Below, one piece after another: positions 29,579 through 40,028 of a stretch of 64,000 nucleotides of DNA. Both the position numbers and the translations under genes were made by a program. The stretch's first letter is position 1, and the number at the start of each line of letters is the position of its first letter. The notes under the pieces are model-generated. The model saw nothing but the letters and a program-made list of their open reading frames with translations, did no database searches and had not been told where the DNA came from. Origin of the DNA: an uncultured Candidatus Binatia bacterium (GTDB lineage Bacteria > Desulfobacterota > Binatia > UBA9968 > JAJDTQ01); contig OZ244070.1 of the NCBI GenBank assembly GCA_965215605.1, positions 384,001-448,000 on the forward strand, in the 5' to 3' direction.

Positions 29579-31629
29579 ATGCCGTACGTCGTCGCCGTGG
29601 ACATCGGGGGCACCTTCACCGACCTGGTGGCATTCGATCACGAGACCGGCGCCGCGACGTACACGAAAAGTCCAACCACCTACGATGATTTCGTCGAGGG
29701 CATCCTTGACTGTTTCAACAAGGGCAACCTGGCGCCCGCCGATGCCGGCTTCCTCAATCACGGAACCACGCTGGTCATCAACTCGTTGATACAGCGTCGC
29801 GGGGCGAAGTGCGCGCTGGTAACCTCGGCGGGTTTTCGCGATGTTCTGGAAATCGCCCGTGCCAACCGTCCCGACCCCTTCGACCTGCACTATCAGAGGG
29901 ACGAGCCGCTGATCCCGCGCGAGCTGCGCTTCGAGGTGCCCGAACGGATCGACGCCAACGGCACGGTGCTGGTACCGCTGGATCAGGCGTCGCTCAGAGC
30001 GCTGGCGGAGGATCTGAAGCGGCTCAAGATCGAGGCGGTGGCGGTCTTCTTCATGAATTCGTATCTCGATCCAGCCCACGAAGAACAGGCGGCCGCCATC
30101 CTGAAGCGATCGCTCCCCGGGGTCTACGTGACCTACAGCACCGAGCTCACGCGCGAATGGTACGAGTACGAGCGCACCTCCACCGTCGCCGCCAACGCCT
30201 ACGTCGGACCACAGGTCGATGCCTATGTCCGCCGTCTGGAGAATGACTTCCGCGCGAAGGGCCATGACGGCTCGCTTTTCATGATGGGATCGAACGGCGG
30301 ACTGTTGTCGGTGGACCGCACCTGCCGCCACCCCATCGGACTGGTGGAGTCCGGACCCATCGGCGGCTGCATAGGCGCCGGCGCCTATGCCGAGGCCCTC
30401 GGCATCGACAACGTCGTCGCCTTCGACATGGGCGGCACCACGGCGAAATGCGCGTTGGTCGAGAACGGGCGTTTCACCGTCGAATCGGTCTACTACGTGA
30501 ACGGCTACGTCCAGGGCTTCCCCATCAAGTGGCCGGTGATCGACATTGTCGAGGTCGGCTCCGGCGGCGGCTCCATCGCGTGGCTGGACGACCAGGACCG
30601 GCTCCATGTCGGACCCCGGAGCGCCGGCTCGACGCCCGGCCCGGTGTGCTACGAACGCGGCGGGACCGAGCCTACCGTCACCGACGCCAATCTTGTGCTT
30701 GGACGGCTCAACCCCCACCGGTTCCTGGGCGGCGAGTTGACCCTGGGACTCGATTCCGCCCGCCACGCCATCGCCGCGAAGACTGCCGCGCCGCTCGACT
30801 ACCGCGGCGAGGAAGGGTTGATCCGCACGGCCGACGGTATCGTCTCCATCGCCACCGTGCTGATGGCCGGCGCGGTCCGCCAGGTTTCGGTAGAACATGG
30901 ACTCGACCCGCGCGATTTCGAGCTGTTCGCCTATGGCGGCGGCGGGCCGCTGCATGCCTCCGCGCTGGCGCGCGAGCTGTCCATCCCGACGGTCGTCATC
31001 CCCCCGGAACCCGGCAACTTCTCCGCCATCGGCATGCTGTTGGCGGACGCGCGGATCGACACGTCGGAGACCTTTACCGGCATCCTCGACGATGCGCTGA
31101 CAGCCGGGATGGACGCCGGCTTCCGCAAGATGGAGGCCGACGCCGCGGATGCCCTTCGCCGGGATTTCGGCGCCCGCGATGTCTATTTCGAACGCAAGGC
31201 CGAGATGCGCTACCACGGACAAAGGCCAACATTCATGTGCCCATCACCGGCTTGCGCACCGTGACCGAGATCAGAGAGGCCTTCGAGCGCGACTACAAGC
31301 GGCGCTATGGCCACGCCGATTCGAAGGCGGCGACGGAGCTTCAGGCCCTGCACCTGTCAGCCTTCGCCAGACTCCGCCGGCCGGACATCGCCGACCTGCG
31401 GCGCAGGAAACCGTCAGGCGCGCCAACGAGCCCGCATACCCGGCCGGTCTATTTCAACGGCAACGAAGGTGCGGCCGAGACGGCCATCTACGACCGCGAC
31501 GCACTGGAGCCGGGGTTCGCGGCGGAAGGGCCCGCGATCATCGAAGAGTACGGCTCGACGACGCTCATCTGGCCGGGCGACCGCTTCGAAATCGGCCGAA
31601 TGGGCGAAATCCGTATCGGTTGCGGCTAG
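29579..31629 (+). pseudogene. Hydantoinase/oxoprolinase subunit A, frameshifted near 31226
   Basis: DIGGTFTD, HGTT, DMGGTT, GSGGGS; MRYHGQ continues in another frame as NIHVP...IIEEYGSTT. Confidence 0.85.
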
Positions 31630-31636
31630 CCGCGGA

Positions 31637-31703
31637 CCGTCATTCCCGCGAAAGCGGGAATCCAGGAGTTGGGAGGGGATTCCCGCTTTCGCGGGAATGG
31701 CGG
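31637..31703. repeat. Paired inverted dRS3/REP-like palindromes
   Basis: ccgtcattcccgcgaaagcgggaatcc (31637-31663) and its near-perfect reverse complement (31677-31703), each ATTCCC-N8-GGGAAT. Confidence 0.8.
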
Positions 31704-31743
31704 AGAGGGACGTGGGAATCACGAGCGGCGCACCCAGAGAAGA

Positions 31744-33462
31744 ATGATGAGCAGCAGAACCGCCACACAAGTCCCGGGAACCTCTTCCCGAATCGACCCC
31801 ATCACCCTCGAGGTGATCCGTTGCGGCGTCGTTTCCATCACCAACCAGATCGACGCCAACATCACGCGCACGGCGTTCAGTTCCTACGTCTACGAGTACA
31901 AGGACTTCGCCGTCGGACTGGTGGACGTGAACGGGCAGCTCGTGGCCCAGTCGACCGGGGGCATGCCGCCCTTCGTCGCCGATGCCGTGGGCACCGCGGT
32001 GCGCGACGGCCTGAAGATATATGGGCGCGAAAGGCTCTTCGATGGGGACGTGGTGGTCTGCAACCACCCGGCGGTGCAGGGACAGCACCTCAACAACACG
32101 GTGATGTACACGCCCATCTACGGCGGCCCGGACCGCGGGACGTTGCTGGGGTTCTTCGCCCTCAACGTCCACTGGATCGACATCGGCGGGGTGATGCACG
32201 GCTCCACCGACATCTTCATGGAAGGACTGCAGCTCCGCATCATCAAGCTCTGGTCAAAAGGGGAGCCCGTCGAGGAAGTATACCGCATCATCGAGAACAA
32301 CACGCGGATGCCGGTGGACGTCATGGGCGACATCTCGGCACAGCTCGCCGGCTGTTTCCTGGGGCGCGATCTCACCCTGGCGCTTGCCGACAAGTATGGC
32401 GCCGACACCTACTTCGCCGCGGTGGAGACGATCATGGCCCAAGGCGAAGCGTCGTCACGCGCGCGCATCCGGGACATCCCGGACGGGACCTATGAAAGCG
32501 AAGCGTTCCTGGACGACGACTCCCTGGGCACCGAGCCGGTGCCCATCCGGGTCAAGGTCGTCGTCGACGGCGAGGAGATGACCATCGATTTCTCTGGCCT
32601 CGCCGACCAGGTGCCGGGGCCGCTCAACTCGGGCTACTTCGGCGGCGGCGTCACCGTGGCGCGGGTCGCCTTCAAGTACCTGATCACTCCGCGGGAGCCG
32701 GCCAACGAAGGCGTATTCCGTCCGCTCAAGCTGATCCTGCCGGAGGGCAAGATCCTGAGCGCCCGGCCCGACGCTCCCATGTCCAACTACTCGGCGCCCT
32801 TTCCCACGGTCATCGACTGTCTCTCGGACGCGCTTCCGCGTCTCGCGACCGGAGCCCATTTCGGCACTCATTCGGGGTTCATGATGCATGGCCGCTGGGC
32901 CGACGGAAGCCGCTTTCACGGCCATGACAGCGGCCACGGGGGCTGAGGCGCGGGCGACGGACACGACGGCGCCGGGCCGTTCCGGACCATGGCCCACGGC
33001 GACACGCGCCTCATCCCCATGGAGTTGCAGGAGTCCCTGCTGCCGTTCCGCGTGTGTTCGCTTGCCTTGCGCGAGGATTCGGGCGGGCCCGGCAAGTTCC
33101 GGGGCGGGCTCGGCTTCCGCAAGGAATATGAGATCCTCCATCCTTGCACCCTCAACACCAACCTCGACCGCAGGAAGTGTCCGCCATGGGGCGTGCGCGG
33201 CGGCAAGGCGGCGAAGACGGGCTGCGTCACCATCATCAAGGCATCGGGCAAGACGGAGAGCATGGGCAAGGCGCAGAACTACAAGCTCCAACCCGGCGAC
33301 CGGGTGATCCTCGAAACCGGCGGCGGCGGCGGGTGGGGACCGCCCGAGGAGCGCGCCGTCGAGTTGATCCAGCGCGACCTCGACCGCGGCTACATCACGC
33401 CCGATGGCGCCGCTCGCGACTACGGCGTCCGTGTCGACGCCGGCCGGGTGTTGCGCGGGTAG
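31744..33462 (+). pseudogene. Hydantoinase/oxoprolinase subunit B with in-frame TGA at 32944
   Basis: DPITLEVI, GQHLNN, HWIDIGG; GHGG*GA then same frame continues to DSGGPGKFRGGLG and TGGGGGWG. Confidence 0.85.
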
Positions 33463-33483
33463 CGGTTCATGGCATTTTCGTTT

Positions 33484-34506
33484 TCACCGTGACGCCGTCT
33501 CTCTCTCGGCCATCATGGCGACCAGATCGGCCACACGGCAACTGTAGCCCCATTCGTTGTCGTACCATGACAGGACCTTCACCATTGTCTCGTCCACGGC
33601 GACGGTGGAGAGTCCATCGACGATGGAAGAAGCCGTATTCCCCTTGAAGTCGCTCGAAACCAGCGGCTTGTCGCAGTAATCCAGTATCCCGTTCATGGGT
33701 CCTTCAGCGGCTTCGGCCAGGGCGGCGTTGACGTCGTCCGCGGTGCCCGGTTTCTTGAGGTCGCTCACGAGGTCCACCACCGAGACGGTGGCGGTGGGCA
33801 CCCGCAACGCCATCCCGCGCAGCTTGCCTTCGAGCTCGGGAATGACGCGCGCTATGGCGTGGGCGGCCCCGGTGGTGGTGGGCACGATGTTCATGGCCGC
33901 GGCCCGGGCGCGCCGGAGGTCCTTGTGCGCCACGTCAAGGATGCGCTGGTCGCCGGTGTACGCATGGGTCGTGGTCATCATGCCTCTCTCGATGCCGAAG
34001 CGGTCGTGGAGCACCTTGGCCACCGGCGCCAGACAGTTGGTGGTGCAGGAGGCGTTGGAGACGACACGATGTTTTTCGGGGTCGTACCGGGAATCGTTGA
34101 CACCCAGGACAACGGTCATGTCCGCGTTCCCGGACGGCGCCGTGATCACCGCTCTGCGCGCCCCGGCCTGGAGGTGAGCCGATGCCGCGCCGGCGTCGGT
34201 GAAGACACCCGTGGACTCGATGACCACGTCCACCCCCATCTTCTTCCAGGGCAGACGGGACGGCTCCAGTTCATGAGTGACGCTGATGGCGGCGCCGTCC
34301 ACCTCCATAACGCCATCGCCGACCGCGACCCCGGCCGGGAAAGTGCCGTAGTTCGTGTCGAACTTGAACAGGTGCGCGCCGACTTCAAGAGCCGCGATGT
34401 CGTTGATGGCGACCACGGAGAGACGCTCCCTGTGTCTTTGCAATATGGCGCGCAAGCTGAGACGGCCGATACGCCCGAATCCGTTGATGGCGACCCGTGT
34501 GGTCAT
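33484..34506 (-). CDS. gap: Glyceraldehyde-3-phosphate dehydrogenase, type I
   Basis: INGFGRIGR, SNASCTTNCL, WYDNEWGYS. Confidence 0.97.
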   Translation of the reverse strand: MTTRVAINGFGRIGRLSLRAILQRHRERLSVVAINDIAALEVGAHLFKFDTNYGTFPAGVAVGDGVMEVDGAAISVTHELEPSRLPWKKMGVDVVIESTGVFTDAGAASAHLQAGARRAVITAPSGNADMTVVLGVNDSRYDPEKHRVVSNASCTTNCLAPVAKVLHDRFGIERGMMTTTHAYTGDQRILDVAHKDLRRARAAAMNIVPTTTGAAHAIARVIPELEGKLRGMALRVPTATVSVVDLVSDLKKPGTADDVNAALAEAAEGPMNGILDYCDKPLVSSDFKGNTASSIVDGLSTVAVDETMVKVLSWYDNEWGYSCRVADLVAMMAERETASR

Positions 34507-34732
34507 GATGGCTCCCGCAAGCAGTTGAAGTTGAAACGACCTTGACTAACCAAGCGTTCCCAAACGCAGCACCATGTGCCCTGAAATAGAGTACTACTTT
34601 ACGTACAAGGAACATGGTCTGTCGTAAAGTGACGCGCTCCACATGCACCCGGCTTCAACTTACTGCTCGGAAAAAAGGTGTCCCGCGCCCTCGTAGACTT
34701 TGACGCAGACGACTCAACGGGGCGGATGCCCG

Positions 34733-35884
34733 CTACGCGTCCCCCCACACGCTGTGGGCGACTTCCACCATGCGCGCGAGCTTGGCTTCCTGGTCGGCTT
34801 CGGTGAGGGGGTTGCCTTTGACGGAGCTGGCAAAGCCGCACTGGGGGGCGAGGGCGAGGCGTTCCAGGGGGGCGTAGCGGGCGGCGTCTTCGATTCGGCG
34901 CTTGAGGTGGTCGGCGGTTTCGAGTTCCGGGCCCTTGGTGGAGACCAGGCCGAGGGCTACCACCTTGCCGTCGGGGAGAAGGCGCAGGGGCTCGAAGGTA
35001 CCGGCCCGCGGGGTGTCGTATTCGAGAAAGTAGCCCTGGACGTTGATCTCGTTGAACAGCACCTCGGCCACCGGGTCGTAGCCGCCGGCGGCGGCCCATA
35101 GCCCTTCGCGGTTGCCGCGGCACTGGTGCATGGTGACGGTGACGTCGCCGGGCAGGCCTTCAAGGGCCTGGTTGATGCGGCGCGCGTACTCGGCCAGCAC
35201 GGCCTGGGGGCCGGAGCCCCAGGAGCGGAACACCTCTTCGTAGGTGGGATCGCACAGGAACGGGATGGCGACGTCGTCCAGTTGGATGTAACGCGCGCCG
35301 GCGTCCACCAAGGCGGCCAGTTCCTGCCGGTAGGCGGCCACCAAGTCCTCCCAGAACTCATCGACGTCGTCATAGACGGAACCCAGCACACCCGGATCTC
35401 CACCGGCGAAACAGTAGACCACCGGCGGCGCGGGGATGGTCACCTTGGGGACGGCGTCGGTGCTGGCCTTGAGGAACTCGAACGCCGGTACGATGGCGCT
35501 GGGGCGCCAGCGCACCTTGCCGTTGACCCACACCACGGTGAAGTCCTGCTCCTGGTTCTTCTCGTTGCGCCAACTGAAGGGCGACGCAGCGCCCTGCCGG
35601 GTGGCGGAGAAGCCGTCCCAGGTCATCATCAGCTCACTGAACCAGCTACGGCGGCGGAACTCTCCATCGGTGGCGGAACGCAGGCCCACGCGCTTCTGAA
35701 GCGCGACGACATCTCTGACGAAGCCGTCCTCGACCCGAGCCAGTTCCTCGTTCCCGTGGGGTCCCAGGTTGCTCTCGGCCGTGTCCGGCCCCAGGAGCCG
35801 CACCCTGGCTTCCTTGAGCCCGGCGGGGCGCAGGAGGCTGCCGACATGGTCGGCTCGAAACGGCGGTGTAGTTCTCGTCGGCAT
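34733..35884 (-). CDS. Cobalamin-independent methionine synthase II family (single barrel, YxjH-like)
   Basis: RADHVGSLLRP, TDGEFRR, HQCRGN, FLEYD, PQCGFAS. Confidence 0.9.
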   Translation of the reverse strand: MPTRTTPPFRADHVGSLLRPAGLKEARVRLLGPDTAESNLGPHGNEELARVEDGFVRDVVALQKRVGLRSATDGEFRRRSWFSELMMTWDGFSATRQGAASPFSWRNEKNQEQDFTVVWVNGKVRWRPSAIVPAFEFLKASTDAVPKVTIPAPPVVYCFAGGDPGVLGSVYDDVDEFWEDLVAAYRQELAALVDAGARYIQLDDVAIPFLCDPTYEEVFRSWGSGPQAVLAEYARRINQALEGLPGDVTVTMHQCRGNREGLWAAAGGYDPVAEVLFNEINVQGYFLEYDTPRAGTFEPLRLLPDGKVVALGLVSTKGPELETADHLKRRIEDAARYAPLERLALAPQCGFASSVKGNPLTEADQEAKLARMVEVAHSVWGDA

Positions 35885-35953
35885 GGCGGGACGATCTCCG
35901 GTAGGATGCGGCCAGCCAGCCTACCTGTCTTGTTCGTTACGTGGGACAGGACA

Positions 35954-37738
35954 CTAGCGGACGTCCAGGCCGTGGCGGCGGCTCAGCTTGTAGAACAGGG
36001 TGGCCAGAAGAACGGTGCCGACGCTGATGCCCAGGGCGAAGGCCGACAGGCTCCCCACGTGGCCGTTGTCCCAAAGCTCCCAGATGACCACGGAGATCAC
36101 CTCGGAACCGGGGCTGTAGAGCAGCAGGGCGACGGACAGCTCCCGGATGGTGATGAGGAAGATGTAGATCCACCCGGCGAAAAGCGCCGGCATCATCAGC
36201 GGAATCATGATCTTCCGGGCCACGTTGCCCCAGCTCGCGCCGCTGGCGGTGGCGCTCTCCTCCAGCTCCTTGTGGATGCCGATGAGGCCGGCGTGGCTGA
36301 AGCGCATGGCGTATGGCAGATAGCGCGCCGAGAAGGCAATGACCAGGATCCAGATGGTCCCGTACACGGGAATCGGAACCGTGAGGTAGGTTTGCAGGAC
36401 CGCGACCCCCATGACGATGCCCGGGAACACCAGCGGCACCATGGTCAACCGGTCCAGGTACCAGCGCAGCTTGATGTTGGTGCGGGTCACCAGCCAGGCG
36501 GTGACGAACGCCACGCCCACGCAGGCGGTGGCGGACACCATGCTGATGGTGACGTTGTTGGTGACGGAGCGCAGAATCTTGTCGTCGCTGAACGCCTCCA
36601 CGTAGTTGTTGAAGGTAAACATGGAGAGCGCCTCCCACGAGGGCACCACCAGATAGGGCATGAAGCTCGACCAGATGAGCGCCGTGAGCGGCAGAAGCTG
36701 GAGCGCCGGCAGGCCCAGCAGCGCCAACCCTCCCAGCCAGCGCCACCGTCCCAGGTCCTTGCGCCGAGGTTGAAACCCCTTGCCGGTGATGGTGGTGAAC
36801 CGGTGCGCGTGCTGGGTGACGCGATAGTAGGGAATCAGACACAGGCCGACCAGACCGATGAGAAGCACGGAGTAGGCGCTGGCGAAACCGTACTCGGGCA
36901 CGAACCCCTCGATCAACTGGAGATAGATCTGGGTCGTCAGGACCTCGATGCCCGCGGGAAGACCCACCAGCGCGGGGATCTCGAAGGCCTCCATGCTGCG
37001 GATGAAGGTGAGGATCAGCACGGAGAGGAGGCTGGGCATGGCCATGGGCAGGGTCACCTTCCAGAACACCTGCCAATCGTTGCTGCCGGCCACCACCGCG
37101 GCTTCCTCCAGGGACGGATCCATGGACCGGAACGGCGTCGCCATGAGCAGGAACACGATGGGGGTCCACAGAAACCCCTCCACCAGTATCATGCCGCTCA
37201 TGGAGAAGAGGTCGAAGATGGGCATGATCCCGGTGACGGAGTTCACCGCCACGTTGATGAAACCCGCCTCCGGCCCCAGCAGCAGGATCCAGCCGATGAC
37301 CTTCACCAGCCCCGGAACGGCGAACGACACGAAAGCCGCCACGTAGGCTACCGCGCGGAACGGCGCGTTGCTGCGCTCCGCCAGCCAGGCCATGGCGGTG
37401 CCGAAGACCAGCGCCCAGGCGGCGCTGCCCACCGAGAACACGACGGAGTTCCAGACCAGGGTCTCGAACTCCGACATGCTCTCGAAAATCTCGACGAAAT
37501 TCTGAAGCGTCAGGCCGACGATGTCCGAGTCTTCGGAAGGAACGAAACTCGAATAGACGATGAAGACCAGCGGCGGAATGACGAGGAACAGGAGCACGAG
37601 CCCGCAGGGTATGAACAACCACAGCGGATGGTCACGGCCCTGCCTGCTGGGACGGAAGACATCGAGGAATGCCGAAATCCCGCCCCTGGGCAAACCGGAC
37701 TCCTTCAGCGCTGCTTCGTCTCTGCTCAAGTGTAGCAA
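35954..37738 (-). CDS. ABC transporter fused permease (FbpB-like); start uncertain
   Basis: Two EAA loops (SLEEAAVVAG, ELEESATASGAS), many TM segments. Confidence 0.88.
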   Translation of the reverse strand: MLHLSRDEAALKESGLPRGGISAFLDVFRPSRQGRDHPLWLFIPCGLVLLFLVIPPLVFIVYSSFVPSEDSDIVGLTLQNFVEIFESMSEFETLVWNSVVFSVGSAAWALVFGTAMAWLAERSNAPFRAVAYVAAFVSFAVPGLVKVIGWILLLGPEAGFINVAVNSVTGIMPIFDLFSMSGMILVEGFLWTPIVFLLMATPFRSMDPSLEEAAVVAGSNDWQVFWKVTLPMAMPSLLSVLILTFIRSMEAFEIPALVGLPAGIEVLTTQIYLQLIEGFVPEYGFASAYSVLLIGLVGLCLIPYYRVTQHAHRFTTITGKGFQPRRKDLGRWRWLGGLALLGLPALQLLPLTALIWSSFMPYLVVPSWEALSMFTFNNYVEAFSDDKILRSVTNNVTISMVSATACVGVAFVTAWLVTRTNIKLRWYLDRLTMVPLVFPGIVMGVAVLQTYLTVPIPVYGTIWILVIAFSARYLPYAMRFSHAGLIGIHKELEESATASGASWGNVARKIMIPLMMPALFAGWIYIFLITIRELSVALLLYSPGSEVISVVIWELWDNGHVGSLSAFALGISVGTVLLATLFYKLSRRHGLDVR

Positions 37739-37786
37739 TTCCTGGTGACGGCTCGTCCCGGGCGCGCCGGTCGTCAGCGACTACCG

Positions 37787-37825
37787 GGAACCCGAGGGAG
37801 GGTTCGCGTCCTGCCCTCGGGTTCC
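37787..37825. promoter_or_regulatory. Stem-loop between binding-protein and permease genes
   Basis: 12-bp perfect stem ggaacccgaggg/ccctcgggttcc. Confidence 0.45.
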
Positions 37826-37871
37826 GCGGTCGCCCGGATGGGCCGCAACGGAAGGTCGCACATGCAGTCCG

Positions 37872-38912
37872 TCACTTGCGGCCGATGGACCGCAACAGCT
37901 TGTTCAGTTTCTTGGATTCCTTGTTGTACTGCTTCGAGCTCAGGCCGCGTTCGGGGTACACCCGCTTGAACGGATAGTCCAACCACGCCATGCCGTAATG
38001 GAACTTCTGCAGGAGCTTCTGCCCGTCGGTCAGCACGAAATTGGTAAGCAGCAGCGCGGCATGGGGATGCGGCGCGTTGGTGAACACCCCGGAGCCTCCG
38101 GCGTTGGTCGGGACTTCATCCAAGGCGTTCCATCCCAGCGGCGCTCCCTCGTTGATCTTCACCAGCGCGTGGTTGCGGAACACCGAGGGCGACACCACGA
38201 ACTCGCCGGCGATGATCAGGTCCCGAGTGGCCGTGCCGGAGATCTTGACGAGCTTGATTTGCTGCTTCTTGAGCTTCTCGACGTATTCCATGCCCTTGAC
38301 CGCGATCATGCGTCCCAGCATCCGGTCGCCGGTGCTTTGAACGCTCATGACGATCTTGCCCTTGAGAGACGGGTCCAGGAGGTCCTCGAAGCTCTTGGGG
38401 GACTTGTCCTTGGGCATCTTGTCGGTGTTGTAGCCCAGGCCGATAAAGGACTCGCGGTCGGTGACCCACCACACCCCGCCGCTCTTGGCCTTGGTCTGGT
38501 GCTCGTCCGGCCATCTCTTGTGCTCCGGGCTGGTATAGGGGTGGATGATGTTCCTCTCGCGGAACAACTGCAGCACGCCCGGGGTGCTCTCGATCCCGTC
38601 CACAAGGTATTTCTTGGCCTTGGCCTCGGCGAGGACCTTGGACGCGATATCCTTGCTTCCCGCCCGATAGACCTCGATCTTCACGTCGGGGTATTTCTTG
38701 GCAAAATTCGACTGTATGGTCTTGTAGGACTTGCCGCTGAGCGAGGTGTACCAGACCACCTTGCCTTCCTTCTTGGCACCCTCGTGCAGCATCTTCTCGT
38801 AGTCGGCCGCGGGTCCGCTGTAGTTGACCAGTTTCTTGAGGGTTGCGCTCTGGCCCCACGCTGCGGTCACGCACGCAAAAAGCAGCGCGACGGTCATGTA
38901 TAGTGCCTTCAT
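37872..38912 (-). CDS. ABC extracellular solute-binding protein
   Basis: Signal peptide, AKKEGKVVWYTS, APHPHAALL; GAGGAGG RBS. Confidence 0.88.
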   Translation of the reverse strand: MKALYMTVALLFACVTAAWGQSATLKKLVNYSGPAADYEKMLHEGAKKEGKVVWYTSLSGKSYKTIQSNFAKKYPDVKIEVYRAGSKDIASKVLAEAKAKKYLVDGIESTPGVLQLFRERNIIHPYTSPEHKRWPDEHQTKAKSGGVWWVTDRESFIGLGYNTDKMPKDKSPKSFEDLLDPSLKGKIVMSVQSTGDRMLGRMIAVKGMEYVEKLKKQQIKLVKISGTATRDLIIAGEFVVSPSVFRNHALVKINEGAPLGWNALDEVPTNAGGSGVFTNAPHPHAALLLTNFVLTDGQKLLQKFHYGMAWLDYPFKRVYPERGLSSKQYNKESKKLNKLLRSIGRK

Positions 38913-39124
38913 AGAGATGTCCTCCTCTGGGTTTGACTCTGCGGAAGCCTGACGCATGCGCACGGACGAGCCCCCTGCCCTTCCACACATACAACGCCCC
39001 TTCTAGGGCACGGGCTGGCGGCTTGTCAAATGGAAAGTATTGCGCGAGGATGGGCACATTCCCGGACGCTGGTGGGTTCTGGTGCGTCGACGCGGCGTCT
39101 GTCCGCCAACGGAGGTTGGAGAAA

Positions 39125-39922
39125 ATGAACGGCGCGCTTCGGCTCTGGTTGCCTTTCACTGTTCTTTTCCTGCTGCTCTCCCATGGCCCTCTCTTCGGCG
39201 CATGCAGGGAGGAAAGCTTCGCGAGCCGCTTCCTCCGCCCGGCCTACGCCGCAACACCCGACGCAACCCTTCACTACTTCGGGCACAGCTTCTTCCAGCT
39301 CGTAACCAGCCGGGGCACCCGGGTCGTGATGGATCCCCTGGCGCCGGGCTGGTACCCCGTGCCCGACGTCTCCGCGGACGTGGTCACCATCGGCCGGGAG
39401 CACGAGAACCACAACTGGATCCCCATCGTGCGCGGCCGGCCGCTGATCCTCCGGGGTCTCCGGGAAATGGGGTACGCGTACGAATGGAACCAGGTGAGGA
39501 CAACGGTGAAGGACGTGCTTGTGCAGAGCGTACCCATCTACGTGAGCCGCCCGGACGGCGACCTCTTCAAGGGCGCGGCGTTCACCTACGATCTCGGGCG
39601 GCTGTGCGTCGCCCATCTGGGGGACCTGAGCCACAAGCTCACCCCCAAACAACTGAAGCAGTTCGGCAAGGTCGACGTGGCGCTGGTCCCCATCGGCGGC
39701 CGCACCACCATGGGACCCCGTACCGCCCGGGAGGTGGTGGGGCAACTCAAACCCAAGATAGCCATCCCCATGCACTACCGCGACGATCTCGAGCGCGTGG
39801 GGATCTTCACCGAAGGGTTCCCCACCCGGACCGTGCCGGACGGCTCCCTGGCCATCAGCAAGGCGGCGCTGCCACGGAACACGAAGATGGTGGTGCTGGG
39901 TTACCGCGGCGGTCCATTCTGA
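39125..39922 (+). CDS. MBL-fold metallo-hydrolase, probably exported
   Basis: YFGHSFF, VVMDP, AHLGDL, IAIPMHY; hydrophobic N-terminus. Confidence 0.8.
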   Translation: MNGALRLWLPFTVLFLLLSHGPLFGACREESFASRFLRPAYAATPDATLHYFGHSFFQLVTSRGTRVVMDPLAPGWYPVPDVSADVVTIGREHENHNWIPIVRGRPLILRGLREMGYAYEWNQVRTTVKDVLVQSVPIYVSRPDGDLFKGAAFTYDLGRLCVAHLGDLSHKLTPKQLKQFGKVDVALVPIGGRTTMGPRTAREVVGQLKPKIAIPMHYRDDLERVGIFTEGFPTRTVPDGSLAISKAALPRNTKMVVLGYRGGPF

Positions 39923-39930
39923 ATTTTGGG

Positions 39931-39959
39931 TTGACTGCCGAATACATCCATCCTATTTT
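39931..39959 (+). promoter_or_regulatory. Putative sigma70 promoter of the TAXI operon
   Basis: TTGACT-N17-TATTTT. Confidence 0.4.
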
Positions 39960-40028
39960 GCGGTTTCGTTGGGCGGCGGGCTTGCTGATGCAGACCCGTC
40001 ACGAATCAACCAACTCAGGAGGTATTTC

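Noticed and set aside
32944-32946. In-frame TGA as selenocysteine or recoded Trp
   Set aside because: Position matches Trp in a GGWG-type motif, not Cys, and TGA is a normal stop throughout the window
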